Shown here: one piece after another, positions 10,351 through 20,020 of the stretch
Position numbering within the stretch: position 1 is the stretch's first letter
How the letters are laid out: each line of letters begins with the position of its first letter
From: Oligoflexales bacterium
GTDB lineage: Bacteria; Bdellovibrionota_B; Oligoflexia; Oligoflexales; Bog-1112
Assembly (NCBI GenBank): GCA_045106415.1
Contig: JBGCEP010000014.1
Coordinates: forward strand, 28,460 to 92,459
Reading direction: 5' to 3'
Length of the DNA stretch: 64,000 bases
Notes under the pieces: model-generated
Database searches by the model: none
The model's input: the letters and a program-made list of their open reading frames with translations, nothing else
Told to the model about the DNA's origin: nothing
Made by a program: the position numbers and the translations under genes

Positions 10351-12528
10351 ATGGATGATAGTGTAATCAAATCATTTCATGACTTAGCGGATCGTATTTT
10401 AAAAGAACTGCAAGATGAGTTACAGCTCATGAAAATGCAGGATGATAGTGAGCGTGTCGCAAGCGATACATTTATCTCTCTAGTAAATGAAGCTATTCCA
10501 GCTCTTCAATCTTTACAGACGTGGTCTACTGGCGCTGAATCTTTAGATATGGACGATGATGAAGCGATGAAGCTTCTTGCAAGTATGGATAGCCCAAGTG
10601 GCGGTGAAGATGCTGCTGCGAGTGATGAGATGTCATGTGAAGATGAAGCTATGGCTTTATTGAATTCTATGGGAGGAGGAGATGACACTCCAGCTGTGCC
10701 CGTGCCAGCAGCAGCGGCGAGCTCAGGAGGAGGGGGTAGTCATGAAGATGAGGAAGTTGTTGAAGAAATTCCAGAATTTGGACAAAGTGAGTTTGCTTCA
10801 GACCCCGATATGATTAAAGACTTTCTGATGAATTCAGACGAGCTCATGGAAACGCTTGATGATCGTGTTTTAGCTCTAGAGCAAGATCAAAGTGAAGAAA
10901 CAATTGAAGAAATTTTTCGAGCAGCACACACCTTAAAGGGTGCAGCTGGAATGTTTGGTTTTCAAAGTATTGAACGAGTGATGCACAGACTTGAAAACTT
11001 TTTTGATCAAGTTCGTAAAGGCCAGAGTAAAGCCACATCTGATTCAACAGATGTCATTCTGAAAGGTTTGGATGTTGTCAAAGCTCTTATTGAAGCTGTT
11101 CGCGAAGGCAAACCCTGTGGAATTAAAACAGCTCCTATTGTCAAAACTCTTAATTTATTATGTGCGGGGAAGTATGTAGCAATAAATAGTGCGGCTGTTC
11201 CTGAAGTGGAAAAAGATAAAGAAGATAAACCAGCAGCGAAAGAAAATAGTGCAGCAAAGAAAGAAGTTTCTACGATTCGTGTTGATCTCCAAAGGTTGGA
11301 TTTATTAGTGAATCTGGTTGGGGAGCTCGTTATTGATAGAACGCGGTTTGTTAATATTGAAGAGCAACTTAGACATCAAAATGTGGATCAAAATCTGTCA
11401 GGCAACCTCAGTGAAACGGTTGAGCTGTTTGGGCGGCATATGAATGAGATCCAAGACATTATCATGAAGGTTAGAATGGTTCCTATAGGAAACGCCTTCA
11501 ATAAATTCCCTAGGGTTGTTCGAGACCTTGCTAGACAACTGGGTAAGTCTATTGATTTAGTGATTGAAGGAGAAACAACAGAGTTAGATAAAACTCTTGT
11601 GGAGCAAATTGGCGATCCTCTTGTTCATCTAGTGCGAAACTCTGTGGATCATGGCATTGAAATGCCTGACGTTAGATCAGAGAGCGGGAAGTCAAAGACT
11701 GGGACTGTTATCTTATCAGCAAGGCAAGAAGGTAATCAAATTGTTATTTGCATAGAAGATGATGGCAAAGGGATGGATCAAGAGGCTATTCGCAAAAAAG
11801 GAATTGCGAGTGGGTTAATTTCTGATAAAGATGTTTTGACTTCACGGGATATCTTCAATCTTATTTTTGAACCAGGTTTTTCAACAGCAGCAGCTGTAAC
11901 GAATGTTTCTGGGCGTGGTGTTGGTATGGATGTTGTTAAAAAACAGATATCAAAACTTAAGGGTGTTGTTGATGTAGATAGTACCCCAGGTAAAGGGTCA
12001 GTAATTACGATTAACCTCCCTTTGACTCTTGCTATTGTACAGAGTCTTTTGGTCCAATCGTCTGGTGAGATTTTTGCGATTCCATTATCAACAGTGGTGG
12101 AGTCACTCCGTATCCTTCCAAGTGATATTCATAGAGTGGGAGATGTGGATGTGATTAAACGTCGAAATATGGTTCTTCCTTTGGTTTATTTAAGTGATGC
12201 TCTTGATGTTGAAGTTAAAAATGATGTGTGCTGGTATAGAACTCATCCAGATGATGCAGAAGTTTTGCTTTCTGAGAGACGTGAATCAAGACAAGAAGAT
12301 CGTTTGTTTGTTGTGGTGGTCGGAAGCAGTGAGCGCCGCTTTGGAATTGTAGTCGATAGTTTATTGAATCAACAAGAAATGGTTATCAAGTCGATGGGGT
12401 CGCTGGTTAAGGATATTCCTGCTGTTGCTGGTGGAGCCATTTTAGGAAGCGGGCAAGTTGTTTTAGTACTTGATATTGCTGAACTTGCTGATAGTTGTCG
12501 AAGTCGAATCCGCGGTGTCGCAGCATAA
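10351..12528 (+). CDS. cheA: Chemotaxis histidine kinase CheA
   Basis: HPt IFRAAHTLKG, dimerisation domain, HATPase (HLVRNSVDHG, DDGKG, GFST, SGRGVGMDVV) and a C-terminal CheW-like domain. Confidence 0.96.
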   Translation: MDDSVIKSFHDLADRILKELQDELQLMKMQDDSERVASDTFISLVNEAIPALQSLQTWSTGAESLDMDDDEAMKLLASMDSPSGGEDAAASDEMSCEDEAMALLNSMGGGDDTPAVPVPAAAASSGGGGSHEDEEVVEEIPEFGQSEFASDPDMIKDFLMNSDELMETLDDRVLALEQDQSEETIEEIFRAAHTLKGAAGMFGFQSIERVMHRLENFFDQVRKGQSKATSDSTDVILKGLDVVKALIEAVREGKPCGIKTAPIVKTLNLLCAGKYVAINSAAVPEVEKDKEDKPAAKENSAAKKEVSTIRVDLQRLDLLVNLVGELVIDRTRFVNIEEQLRHQNVDQNLSGNLSETVELFGRHMNEIQDIIMKVRMVPIGNAFNKFPRVVRDLARQLGKSIDLVIEGETTELDKTLVEQIGDPLVHLVRNSVDHGIEMPDVRSESGKSKTGTVILSARQEGNQIVICIEDDGKGMDQEAIRKKGIASGLISDKDVLTSRDIFNLIFEPGFSTAAAVTNVSGRGVGMDVVKKQISKLKGVVDVDSTPGKGSVITINLPLTLAIVQSLLVQSSGEIFAIPLSTVVESLRILPSDIHRVGDVDVIKRRNMVLPLVYLSDALDVEVKNDVCWYRTHPDDAEVLLSERRESRQEDRLFVVVVGSSERRFGIVVDSLLNQQEMVIKSMGSLVKDIPAVAGGAILGSGQVVLVLDIAELADSCRSRIRGVAA

Positions 12529-12539
12529 AGGGGAATATA

Positions 12540-13088
12540 ATGTCGTTTGATCATCAAGGTAGTTCTGGTGCTGGAGTTTTTGCTGTTCGTGGAAATTTAG
12601 ATGGTGATGACCGTCAAGAATTTGTGGAAAGAGAACAGTTTATTGGGCTTAAAATTTCAGAAGATCTATTTTATCTCGGAATATCAGAAATTAAAGAGAT
12701 CATTATGTTGCAGCCCATAACATTTGTACCTGGGTCTGTCCAATGGGTTGAAGGGGTGATTAACCTTCGCGGTACTATTATTCCAGCTCTTAATTTACGA
12801 AAAATGATGAGACTTCCTCGAGGTGAAGTTACAGCTTCAACTCGTATTGTCATTGTGACTCATGGTCAAACACAAGTCGGAATTGTTGTTGATATGATTA
12901 CTTATGTTGTTGCTCTTTTGCCGACAGAAATAGAAGAAAGAGCATTGTCAAGTAAGACTGTAGGGGCTGATCTTATTTCGAGAATAGCAACGCGGGATCA
13001 AGATATTATCGGTATTTTAGATCTTAATAAAATCTTAACTCTTCTAAAACCAGAAAATGATGATGAAGAGTCGGCTGAAGATGCGTAG
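12540..13088 (+). CDS. cheW: Chemotaxis coupling protein CheW
   Basis: ITFVPGS..WVEGVINLRGTIIP and RIVIV...VGIVVD. It follows cheA with a GGGGA RBS. Confidence 0.92.
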   Translation: MSFDHQGSSGAGVFAVRGNLDGDDRQEFVEREQFIGLKISEDLFYLGISEIKEIIMLQPITFVPGSVQWVEGVINLRGTIIPALNLRKMMRLPRGEVTASTRIVIVTHGQTQVGIVVDMITYVVALLPTEIEERALSSKTVGADLISRIATRDQDIIGILDLNKILTLLKPENDDEESAEDA

Positions 13089-14399
13089 TTTTGTTTTCAT
13101 ACAGTGCTTTGTTTATCTTTTTTTTAGTGGGTGTCATCAAGTATTGATACATTCAAAACCTTCCCCAAAAACATCATGTGTCTCAATGGTCTAATCAACA
13201 AGGCTTTGAAGAAAATGATGACGTGTATATGCTTCTAGATACTGAGGCCAATTTTATATGGGAAGATGCTGTTGAAAATTCTCAAAAAGGAAAAGCATCT
13301 TATGTAAAAATATTGATACCCTGTGAAGTCATTCAACGTATAGAAGTGGTGTGTGATCAATATTATGTTTCTTTTCTAGAAGAAAAAACCTTACGGTTAA
13401 CAAATCAGCGCATGTCTTCATCTATTAAGAATTCAAATGTGTCTAGACAAGATCAAAGTGAAGATCTAAAAACACGAGAAAATATAGAGGAAAGGCGAAG
13501 TTCCTTTGAGACAAGAATGAGGAATTATGAAGGTGTAAGAAATGAAATTTTAAAAGAGTTGAATAACTTGATTTATGATGACGAGAGTCGTGTAAGTTTG
13601 TCACCTGAAGCTGTGTCTTTGCTTGATGTAACAACTCGAAGTGTGGGAACTATTGAATTTAAAAATACACCACAGAGTGCACCTGTAAATAAAGGAAGAG
13701 GCTTTTTAAGTAGTTTAAAAAAAATCAATAAAAGTAGCTCGATTAAAAATAAGCCGGATATTTGTGTCTTCTGAATCACAAGATCTTAACTCTTTAGAAT
13801 TGGAGTGCTTAAGTATTGGTTTAGCTAAAATGTACGAAAAGAATAATGATGGTCTTAAAAAATTAGTAGTTTTTGGAAAAATTAAGCTCTTCGAATTAGA
13901 ATCTTTGCCCTTGAAAGGTTTTGAATCTAATGAAATTTTAGGGGAAAGTCTCAATAATGTGAAAGTAAGAGATCAATATGAATTAACAGAATTTGTTCAA
14001 TCGCAGGCAGATCTATTTTATGAAAAAAATAGCACGAAAACAATTGTTCTTGGTCATCTTCCTGATACGCAGGCTGATGTGTGGAGGTGATCAAATTCTA
14101 TTGAAACTCTTGATATCAAAGAGTGGACCCTAGAAAAAAATCTTGACTGGATTCGTGATCATATAAGAAGGGGGTCGCGTATCGTTCTTGGGTCAAAACG
14201 AAGAGAATATCGCCCAGGTGTCGATGGTTTTATCCCTGTCTATCATCAAGAGATCCGTTTGTTGTTTGATAGTGGCTATGCGAGGGTGGGAAGAGAAATG
14301 GTTCCTATGGCGCAAATAAGTAGTGATTTTCAAAGTCAAGAGACCCTAGCAGGGGTCTGTGTCCATAAAAATTGTTATCCAGGCGAGGCTCCAAAATAG
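13081..14399 (+). pseudogene. Disrupted (or mis-sequenced) lipoprotein gene in four collinear pieces, with a possible toxin-like C-terminal domain
   Basis: The ATG at 13081 overlaps the cheW end and encodes MRSFVFIQCFVYLFFSG-C (lipobox-like), stopping at 13194. A +1 shift leads into ORF 13178-13774. A second +1 shift at the A8 run 13717-13724 leads into ORF 13764-14090. After the in-frame TGA at 14088-14090 there are 102 more sense codons up to TAG 14397-14399. Confidence 0.55.
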
Positions 14400-14461
14400 G
14401 TCTCTTTCATGGTATGAGATAAAATAACTGTAATGTTCATCTGAATTTACGGTTGGTGCTC

Positions 14462-15490
14462 ATGTTTCAAGATATTCAATATAAATTACAATGGTTGAAT
14501 CGACACCCTGAAGCGCAGACGTTTGTTCGTATGTGTGAAGAACTAAGGACAGCTACGCATAGTGGTGTCGCTTTAGATATTGCTTACGCAAGTGCGCGTC
14601 ACCATACTTTTCGACACTGTGTTCAATTTCTTAGTACTCTGGTTGAGACTCTCGGTGGGGCTGTGGATCAGTTAGGCCTTTTGCGATTAATGGAAATGAC
14701 GGATGCTTATGTTGAGCGTCCAGATCTTGAAGTCCCAGGCTTTTTTGAGGCAGTCTTAGTTGAGGCATCCTGTGCTTATGATCAAAAACATCTTATTCTT
14801 GATTTGGGTGTTGGCGCAGGTGTTGTTGACCATCTTAATCAAGTTGCGCAGCGGGACGATGTTGACGGTTTTCGTGAGGCGATGGAAAAATTTGCTGTGG
14901 AAGCAAATGAATGCCCATGGGCATTGGATTTAAAAAGAATCCGTTGGTGTGTTCCTGGGGATGTTGATTTTGTTCCTGAACTGTTGATGAACATAGGCCT
15001 TGTTCAGCCTGTTGAGCTTGATGATAATTTGTGGAAGTGGTTATGTCTTGGGCAAATGATCGAAGGAACGCAAGAGCAGCCGAGTCTTACATTACGAGGA
15101 TATAATCTTTCGGCAGCTTATTATGCTTTTCACTCATCTAAGAGTGTGCCTTGGCTTTATCGTCTTCATCCTTGTTGGCAAGCAGCTCGGGTGAAGTTTG
15201 CTGCGCAGAGTCAATTGGAAGAATGGTTTGAAAATCAAGTTCCAATGCATCCTATTGCTTTTGGACAGTGTGCAGAGCGTCAAATCGATGGGCCTTTTTT
15301 TCACTATACAGTTCACCGACTGAGGAAAGGTGCAACCGCTGATGTGAGAATGCAGGCAGCTGAAATCCTGGCTTCCATGCCACCCCCTTTTCAAGATAGA
15401 GTACAAGAAGTTCTTAAAGAAGCGTCGAGTGATCCTGTGCCGAAAGTGCGATTGATGCTTCAAGGTTTATGTTCGCGAATGGAGAAGTGA
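14462..15490 (+). CDS. Hypothetical alpha-helical protein with a C-terminal HEAT-like repeat
   Basis: Long ORF. The C-terminal ADVRMQAAEILA...LKEASSDPVPKVR resembles a HEAT/PBS repeat. It directly abuts the next gene. Confidence 0.6.
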   Translation: MFQDIQYKLQWLNRHPEAQTFVRMCEELRTATHSGVALDIAYASARHHTFRHCVQFLSTLVETLGGAVDQLGLLRLMEMTDAYVERPDLEVPGFFEAVLVEASCAYDQKHLILDLGVGAGVVDHLNQVAQRDDVDGFREAMEKFAVEANECPWALDLKRIRWCVPGDVDFVPELLMNIGLVQPVELDDNLWKWLCLGQMIEGTQEQPSLTLRGYNLSAAYYAFHSSKSVPWLYRLHPCWQAARVKFAAQSQLEEWFENQVPMHPIAFGQCAERQIDGPFFHYTVHRLRKGATADVRMQAAEILASMPPPFQDRVQEVLKEASSDPVPKVRLMLQGLCSRMEK

Positions 15491-16912
15491 GTGGTTCAGA
15501 GTTTTGAAAAAAAACTTCAACAGCATCAAGTGAAGGTTAAAAAATCGCTTAAAGGACATAAGCCTATCCATCGAATTAAAGACGTTTGTTCTCTAGAAAA
15601 CGGAACTCTATTACAACTTCCGCGAGAATATGAAGCAGAGTTGTGCGCAGGGTTCGTTGGTTTTATTCCAGCAGCTGGAGCTTCGAGTCGGTTTTTGGCG
15701 CCATTTTTACATTTGCTGCAGAGTTTAGAGAGAGAGACAGGGGTTGCTGAAGCCTACCAAGAGCTTTTGTTACAGCCTGGTCTTTTACCTGACGTTGTTC
15801 ATCAATTAAAGAATAACAGTAAGCCTTCTCACGCGGTGATTGATGCTATTTTTGAAGTGTTAACAGGTCCAAAGGCTTTCTTCCCTTGTGTCCAAGAAGG
15901 GGCTCACTTTCTTCAAATGAAAGATTTAGAGCATCAATCTTATGGGTTTTTGCAGGGGCAAGTTTTTATAGCTCCAGAAGGTTATGAGAAGCGTTTTAAA
16001 GAGTTTAATGGGTGCTTAGACACACATGTTTTTACACAAAATAGAGACATGTCCACTGTGCGTTGCTCACAAGATGGAGAGTTCCTGAAGGATCAAGAGG
16101 ACTACTCTATTGTTCCAGCAGGGCATGGAGCTCTAACAGAACTGTTTTCGAAAGTTCAAACAAGTCTTCCGCATGCAAAATCTTTGTTGATCCGCAATAT
16201 TGATAATGTCACAGGAGTCGCGGAGAGTGTTGTCGAGCATACACAGTATTTTGTGAGTTTTTATGGGAAAATTAGAAAATTTCTTGATAAAATTCGAGAA
16301 GCATTACAGCAAGGCCAACGTGATATAGCATGTTCGTTTGCTCATGAACTGATGAGCTGTGTTCCTCAAAAGTGGTCTCCTGATGTAGAACAGCAAGCTC
16401 TGCTTAAGGAGAAGGCCTCGGATCCTTTGTATCTTGTTCAAATGCAACTTTTTCATACTCCTATTTCATTGTTAAAAGAGTTCTCTCTTTTGAAGTTATA
16501 TCAGAGGCCTTTAAATCTTTTAGGGCAGGTTCCCAAGCTTGATTCTGATGTTGGTGGAACCCCTGTTCTCACTCGTGAGGGCTTTAAGCTTTGCATTGAG
16601 CTAGCTCATGTATCTACTGAAGACCGAGAAACTTATTTGGCAAAATCCACTCACTTTAATCCAGTTCTCGTTGCAGCTGAACTGGTTGCTGGTGATCCTT
16701 ATGATCAAGAGCACCCTTTCTGGATTGTTGCTAGAAAACAATGGAAAGGACAGTCGGTCTTTTATTACGAGAGCCTTTTATATGAACTGTTGGGGAACAG
16801 CATCTTAGCAAATGTTGTTTTTGTGAGTGTGCCTCGTTTTTTATTTCAACCCCATAAGTCTTTTGCGGATACAGAGCACCAAACCATGGTGGATCTCGGT
16901 TTTGAAGGTTAA
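15491..16912 (+). CDS. DUF4301-family protein (UDP-sugar pyrophosphorylase-like fold)
   Basis: FIPAAGASSRF, PAGHGAL, IRNIDNV, GGTP, THFNPV and F.P.K motifs as I recall them for DUF4301. Confidence 0.72.
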   Translation: MVQSFEKKLQQHQVKVKKSLKGHKPIHRIKDVCSLENGTLLQLPREYEAELCAGFVGFIPAAGASSRFLAPFLHLLQSLERETGVAEAYQELLLQPGLLPDVVHQLKNNSKPSHAVIDAIFEVLTGPKAFFPCVQEGAHFLQMKDLEHQSYGFLQGQVFIAPEGYEKRFKEFNGCLDTHVFTQNRDMSTVRCSQDGEFLKDQEDYSIVPAGHGALTELFSKVQTSLPHAKSLLIRNIDNVTGVAESVVEHTQYFVSFYGKIRKFLDKIREALQQGQRDIACSFAHELMSCVPQKWSPDVEQQALLKEKASDPLYLVQMQLFHTPISLLKEFSLLKLYQRPLNLLGQVPKLDSDVGGTPVLTREGFKLCIELAHVSTEDRETYLAKSTHFNPVLVAAELVAGDPYDQEHPFWIVARKQWKGQSVFYYESLLYELLGNSILANVVFVSVPRFLFQPHKSFADTEHQTMVDLGFEG

Positions 16913-17015
16913 GACCAGCAAAAACGATCTAGTCCTAGTTCAGGTTTGCCTCTTGCTGTGAATGCGCCTCTCGCAGACAATGACAAGTAAGGGGCCTGCT
17001 TGAGGCTTGCCTGCA

Positions 17016-17201
17016 ATGTCTAGGATGGAGTGTGAAGCTTTGGTGGAGTTAAGTGTGCTAGCTGAAGAGCGAGGTGAGTTATTATCAAAGGTTCTTGAAT
17101 CCTGCTACAAACTTGGGGTCAAGGTATATTATGAGTATGAAGATGATGAAATGTGGGTAAATATAAAGCATTTTATGAGCGCTCTGGCGCCAGTAAAATA
17201 A
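17016..17201 (+). CDS. Small hypothetical protein (61 aa)
   Basis: GAGG lies upstream of the ATG at 17016 and the composition is protein-like. It overlaps the tlyA 3' end convergently by ~29 nt. Confidence 0.35.
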   Translation: MSRMECEALVELSVLAEERGELLSKVLESCYKLGVKVYYEYEDDEMWVNIKHFMSALAPVK

Positions 17202-17952
17202 ACGTTTCTTGATTCCCGTATCGACCAGAAACTTTACAAGTTTGTCTGGAGATGACTTTGCGACCTTCTTTCAAACATGCTTGAATCACTTTTTGAATAG
17301 CAGCTTCTTGCATTTGCTGGTCTGTGATGATGCCGCCTGTTGGGATATCTTTTTTAGGGACTTCAAATTGAGGTTTTACGAGAAGTAACCACTGGGCGCT
17401 TGGAGCTATTCTAGTGAGAGCGGGTAATATCGTTGTCAAAGAGATAAAGCTCACATCTCCTGTGACCCAGCTTGGTGTTGGAGTGGGGCATGCAAAATCA
17501 CGAATATCTGTTTGTTCAAAAACTTCGACGCGAGCATCTTGGCGGAGGCTCCATGCCATTTGGTTGGTTCCAACATCAACGGCATAGACCTTCGAGGCTT
17601 TTGCTTCCAGAAGGCATTGGGTAAACCCACCTGTTGACGACCCAATATCAAGTGCGACAGTGTTCTCTATTTGATTTTGTAAGGCAAAGGCTTCGAGGGC
17701 ATCAAATAGCTTTTGTCCAGAGCGGCTGACCCAACGTTTTTGCTGTTTGATGCGAAGAGTAGATTTTGAAGATATTTTATGGCCAGGTTTGTCGACTCTT
17801 TGATCTTCTGCGATAATTTTTCCTGCGATAACAAGAGATTGAGCGTGCTTTATGTCTTTGGCAAGGCCTCTTTGGACAAGAATATCATCGACTCTGATCA
17901 TGAGGCGCTTCTGACTGATTTTATTGTGAAGTGAGTGGCTTGCAGGTTTCAT
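17173..17952 (-). CDS. tlyA: TlyA-family rRNA 2'-O-methyltransferase (S4 + FtsJ domains)
   Basis: RVDDILVQRGL (S4 domain), WVSRSGQKL, DIGSSTGGFT, DVSFISL, LVKPQFE and GNQE. Start uncertain (17901 or 17952). Confidence 0.9.
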   Translation of the reverse strand: MKPASHSLHNKISQKRLMIRVDDILVQRGLAKDIKHAQSLVIAGKIIAEDQRVDKPGHKISSKSTLRIKQQKRWVSRSGQKLFDALEAFALQNQIENTVALDIGSSTGGFTQCLLEAKASKVYAVDVGTNQMAWSLRQDARVEVFEQTDIRDFACPTPTPSWVTGDVSFISLTTILPALTRIAPSAQWLLLVKPQFEVPKKDIPTGGIITDQQMQEAAIQKVIQACLKEGRKVISRQTCKVSGRYGNQETFILLAPERS

Positions 17953-18185
17953 AAAGCTTTCTTTCTCTATCACTAGGCTTCGCAGATCTCTACAATGATC
18001 TTGATAACAGAGATTACTTTGCATTTCCTTTCCCGTCTAGTGGTTTTAAGTATTTTTTTTGTTTAGGAACTCTTATCTTTTTGTTCTTTAAACATAAATA
18101 ATATTGATATGTTATCAACAAAATCTCATGGATTGACCGAAAACCTCCGAGTTCTTATTTTGTCAGGAAACCTGAAGGAGAAAAT

Positions 18186-18893
18186 ATGGGTGGGCAATCA
18201 GTGCGGATGTTGATGATTGATGAAGCGAGGATGACCTCTTCTCTAGAGAGGCAAAGTTATCGTGATATGGGGGTGTCGATCCATGGTGTGGCAAGTTATA
18301 AAGAGGCTGTTGATGCTTTGAGTCATAAAACTATTGATGTGGTGGCTATTAATCTAGATAACACGAGTCTCGACGGTATTTATGCTATTCAACACTTAAG
18401 AGAAGAGTATGTTGATCTTCCTATTTTGGCTTTGAGTGTTGAAAATAGGCAGTCGAAAGATGCGTTAAGCGCAGGAGCTTCAGTTTTTATTGAACAACCG
18501 ATACCTCGTGAGATTATTGTAGAAAAAGTCAAAGGCTTGTTGACGCAGGCGACTCGAACAGATGCCCGAATGGAGATTGCGGGTCGAGCAACTCTGCAGT
18601 GGGGTGGTGAGTCTTGTGAGTATGAGATTGAGGATCTATCGATTTCTGGTGTGTTGTTGCGTTCAAATGCGTCATGTCTGGAAGACGGAGATATGCAAGT
18701 GTCTATTCGCCTTGATGGGATACGTAAAGTTTTTACTGCGACAGGTATCTATGTCAGGCAGGTTGATTTAGAAGGTGGTGGTACAGGTTTTGGGGTGAAG
18801 TTTACGGAGTTTAAAGGGGATACTGAGCAGCGGTTGAAGACACAGCTTACAAAAAGTGCGATGTCAGATGTGAGTATCCAATATTATCTTTAA
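18186..18893 (+). CDS. Degenerate receiver domain + PilZ domain protein
   Basis: REC-like N-terminus, then PilZ motifs RTDAR (RxxxR) and DLSISG (DxSxxG). AAGGAG RBS. Confidence 0.8.
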   Translation: MGGQSVRMLMIDEARMTSSLERQSYRDMGVSIHGVASYKEAVDALSHKTIDVVAINLDNTSLDGIYAIQHLREEYVDLPILALSVENRQSKDALSAGASVFIEQPIPREIIVEKVKGLLTQATRTDARMEIAGRATLQWGGESCEYEIEDLSISGVLLRSNASCLEDGDMQVSIRLDGIRKVFTATGIYVRQVDLEGGGTGFGVKFTEFKGDTEQRLKTQLTKSAMSDVSIQYYL

Positions 18894-18901
18894 GGCCGTG
18901 T

Positions 18902-19951
18902 TTAGGCTTGTCTGACAGCTAACTGTCCACAAGCACCATCGACATCTTGTGCTTTGCTGTAGCGAACCATAGTCCTAATGTCAGCCTGTTTGAGTACTGC
19001 TCTGAAGTTTTCTATATTTTCGGGCTGTGGGCTTGAAAAGCTAGACGCAGAGAATTCATTAAACGGGATGAGATTGATTTTAACAGGAAGCTTTCTTAGA
19101 AGCTCTGCGAGGTTTTGTGCCTCTTCGACGCTGTCGTTTACGCCGTGAATGAGAGTGTATTGCACGAGAAAGAAGTTTTTTTGTTCATGTGCTTTTTGGG
19201 ATAAAAAAGCGAGGACATTTTTCACAGGAAAGCGTTTTTCAATAGGAAGCAAGCGTGCGCGATGTTTTACAGCATGCAAGCTAAGAGCCACAGGAACTCT
19301 AGGGTGAATAGCAACGAATTCTTTAAGGCCGTCGAGATGCCCTGCTGTGGAAACTGTGAGTTTTCTTTGAGCAATTCCTGCAGCGTTTAAGTCAAGGAGT
19401 ACAGATACGGCTTGAGCGACTGCTGGGACGTTGTCAAGAGGTTCTCCCATTCCCATAAAAACAACATTTGTAACTCGATCGTGTTTTTTGTAAGGGAATT
19501 TGTCAAGCCATGTCGGATTTTGAGTGATCCATTGATTTGCAGCGGCAACTTGCCCTGTGATCTCAGCGGTGGTGAGTTGTCGAACTAAGCCCATGCGCCC
19601 TGTATGGCAAAAACTACAAGCTTGTTGGCAACCGACTTGAGATGAAATGCAAAGAGTCACTCGGTTACGCTCAGGCATTAGAACTGTTTCGACATGGAGG
19701 TCATCATTGAGTTTTGTCAAAAATTTGACAGAGCCATCAAAGCGCGACTGTTGAGGTTGGGTGAGGGTGACCGAAATCGTTGCGCTCCACGGGAGCTTTT
19801 GAAGAGACCTAGGGAGCCCAGGGCCATTAAAAGGGTGCAGCTGGTTGTGCCAAAGGTTTTGTAGAATCGGTTTTGCGTGAGCTTTTGATATATTGTTCTT
19901 TTTTAGAAGGTTTGCTAAATCAGAAACATTTAAAGTATAGAGATCTGTCAT
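18902..19951 (-). CDS. rlmN: 23S rRNA m2A2503 / tRNA radical-SAM methyltransferase RlmN
   Basis: CISSQVGCQQACSFCHTG, VFMGMGEP, NLIPFN and GACGQL. Confidence 0.95.
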   Translation of the reverse strand: MTDLYTLNVSDLANLLKKNNISKAHAKPILQNLWHNQLHPFNGPGLPRSLQKLPWSATISVTLTQPQQSRFDGSVKFLTKLNDDLHVETVLMPERNRVTLCISSQVGCQQACSFCHTGRMGLVRQLTTAEITGQVAAANQWITQNPTWLDKFPYKKHDRVTNVVFMGMGEPLDNVPAVAQAVSVLLDLNAAGIAQRKLTVSTAGHLDGLKEFVAIHPRVPVALSLHAVKHRARLLPIEKRFPVKNVLAFLSQKAHEQKNFFLVQYTLIHGVNDSVEEAQNLAELLRKLPVKINLIPFNEFSASSFSSPQPENIENFRAVLKQADIRTMVRYSKAQDVDGACGQLAVRQA

Positions 19952-20020
19952 TTTTGCCTTCCTCACACACAAGATAGCGGAAGCTACCCTGAAATGATGA
20001 TACTTGCAAGGCTCTGATGG

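Noticed and set aside
14088..14090. In-frame TGA as evidence of an alternative genetic code or selenocysteine
   Set aside because: Well-conserved genes here (hbd, mutY, the M28 gene, several glt genes) end at TGA at their expected C-termini, so TGA is a stop. No SECIS-like hairpin or redox motif was recognised, and nearby frameshifts point to decay or sequencing error.
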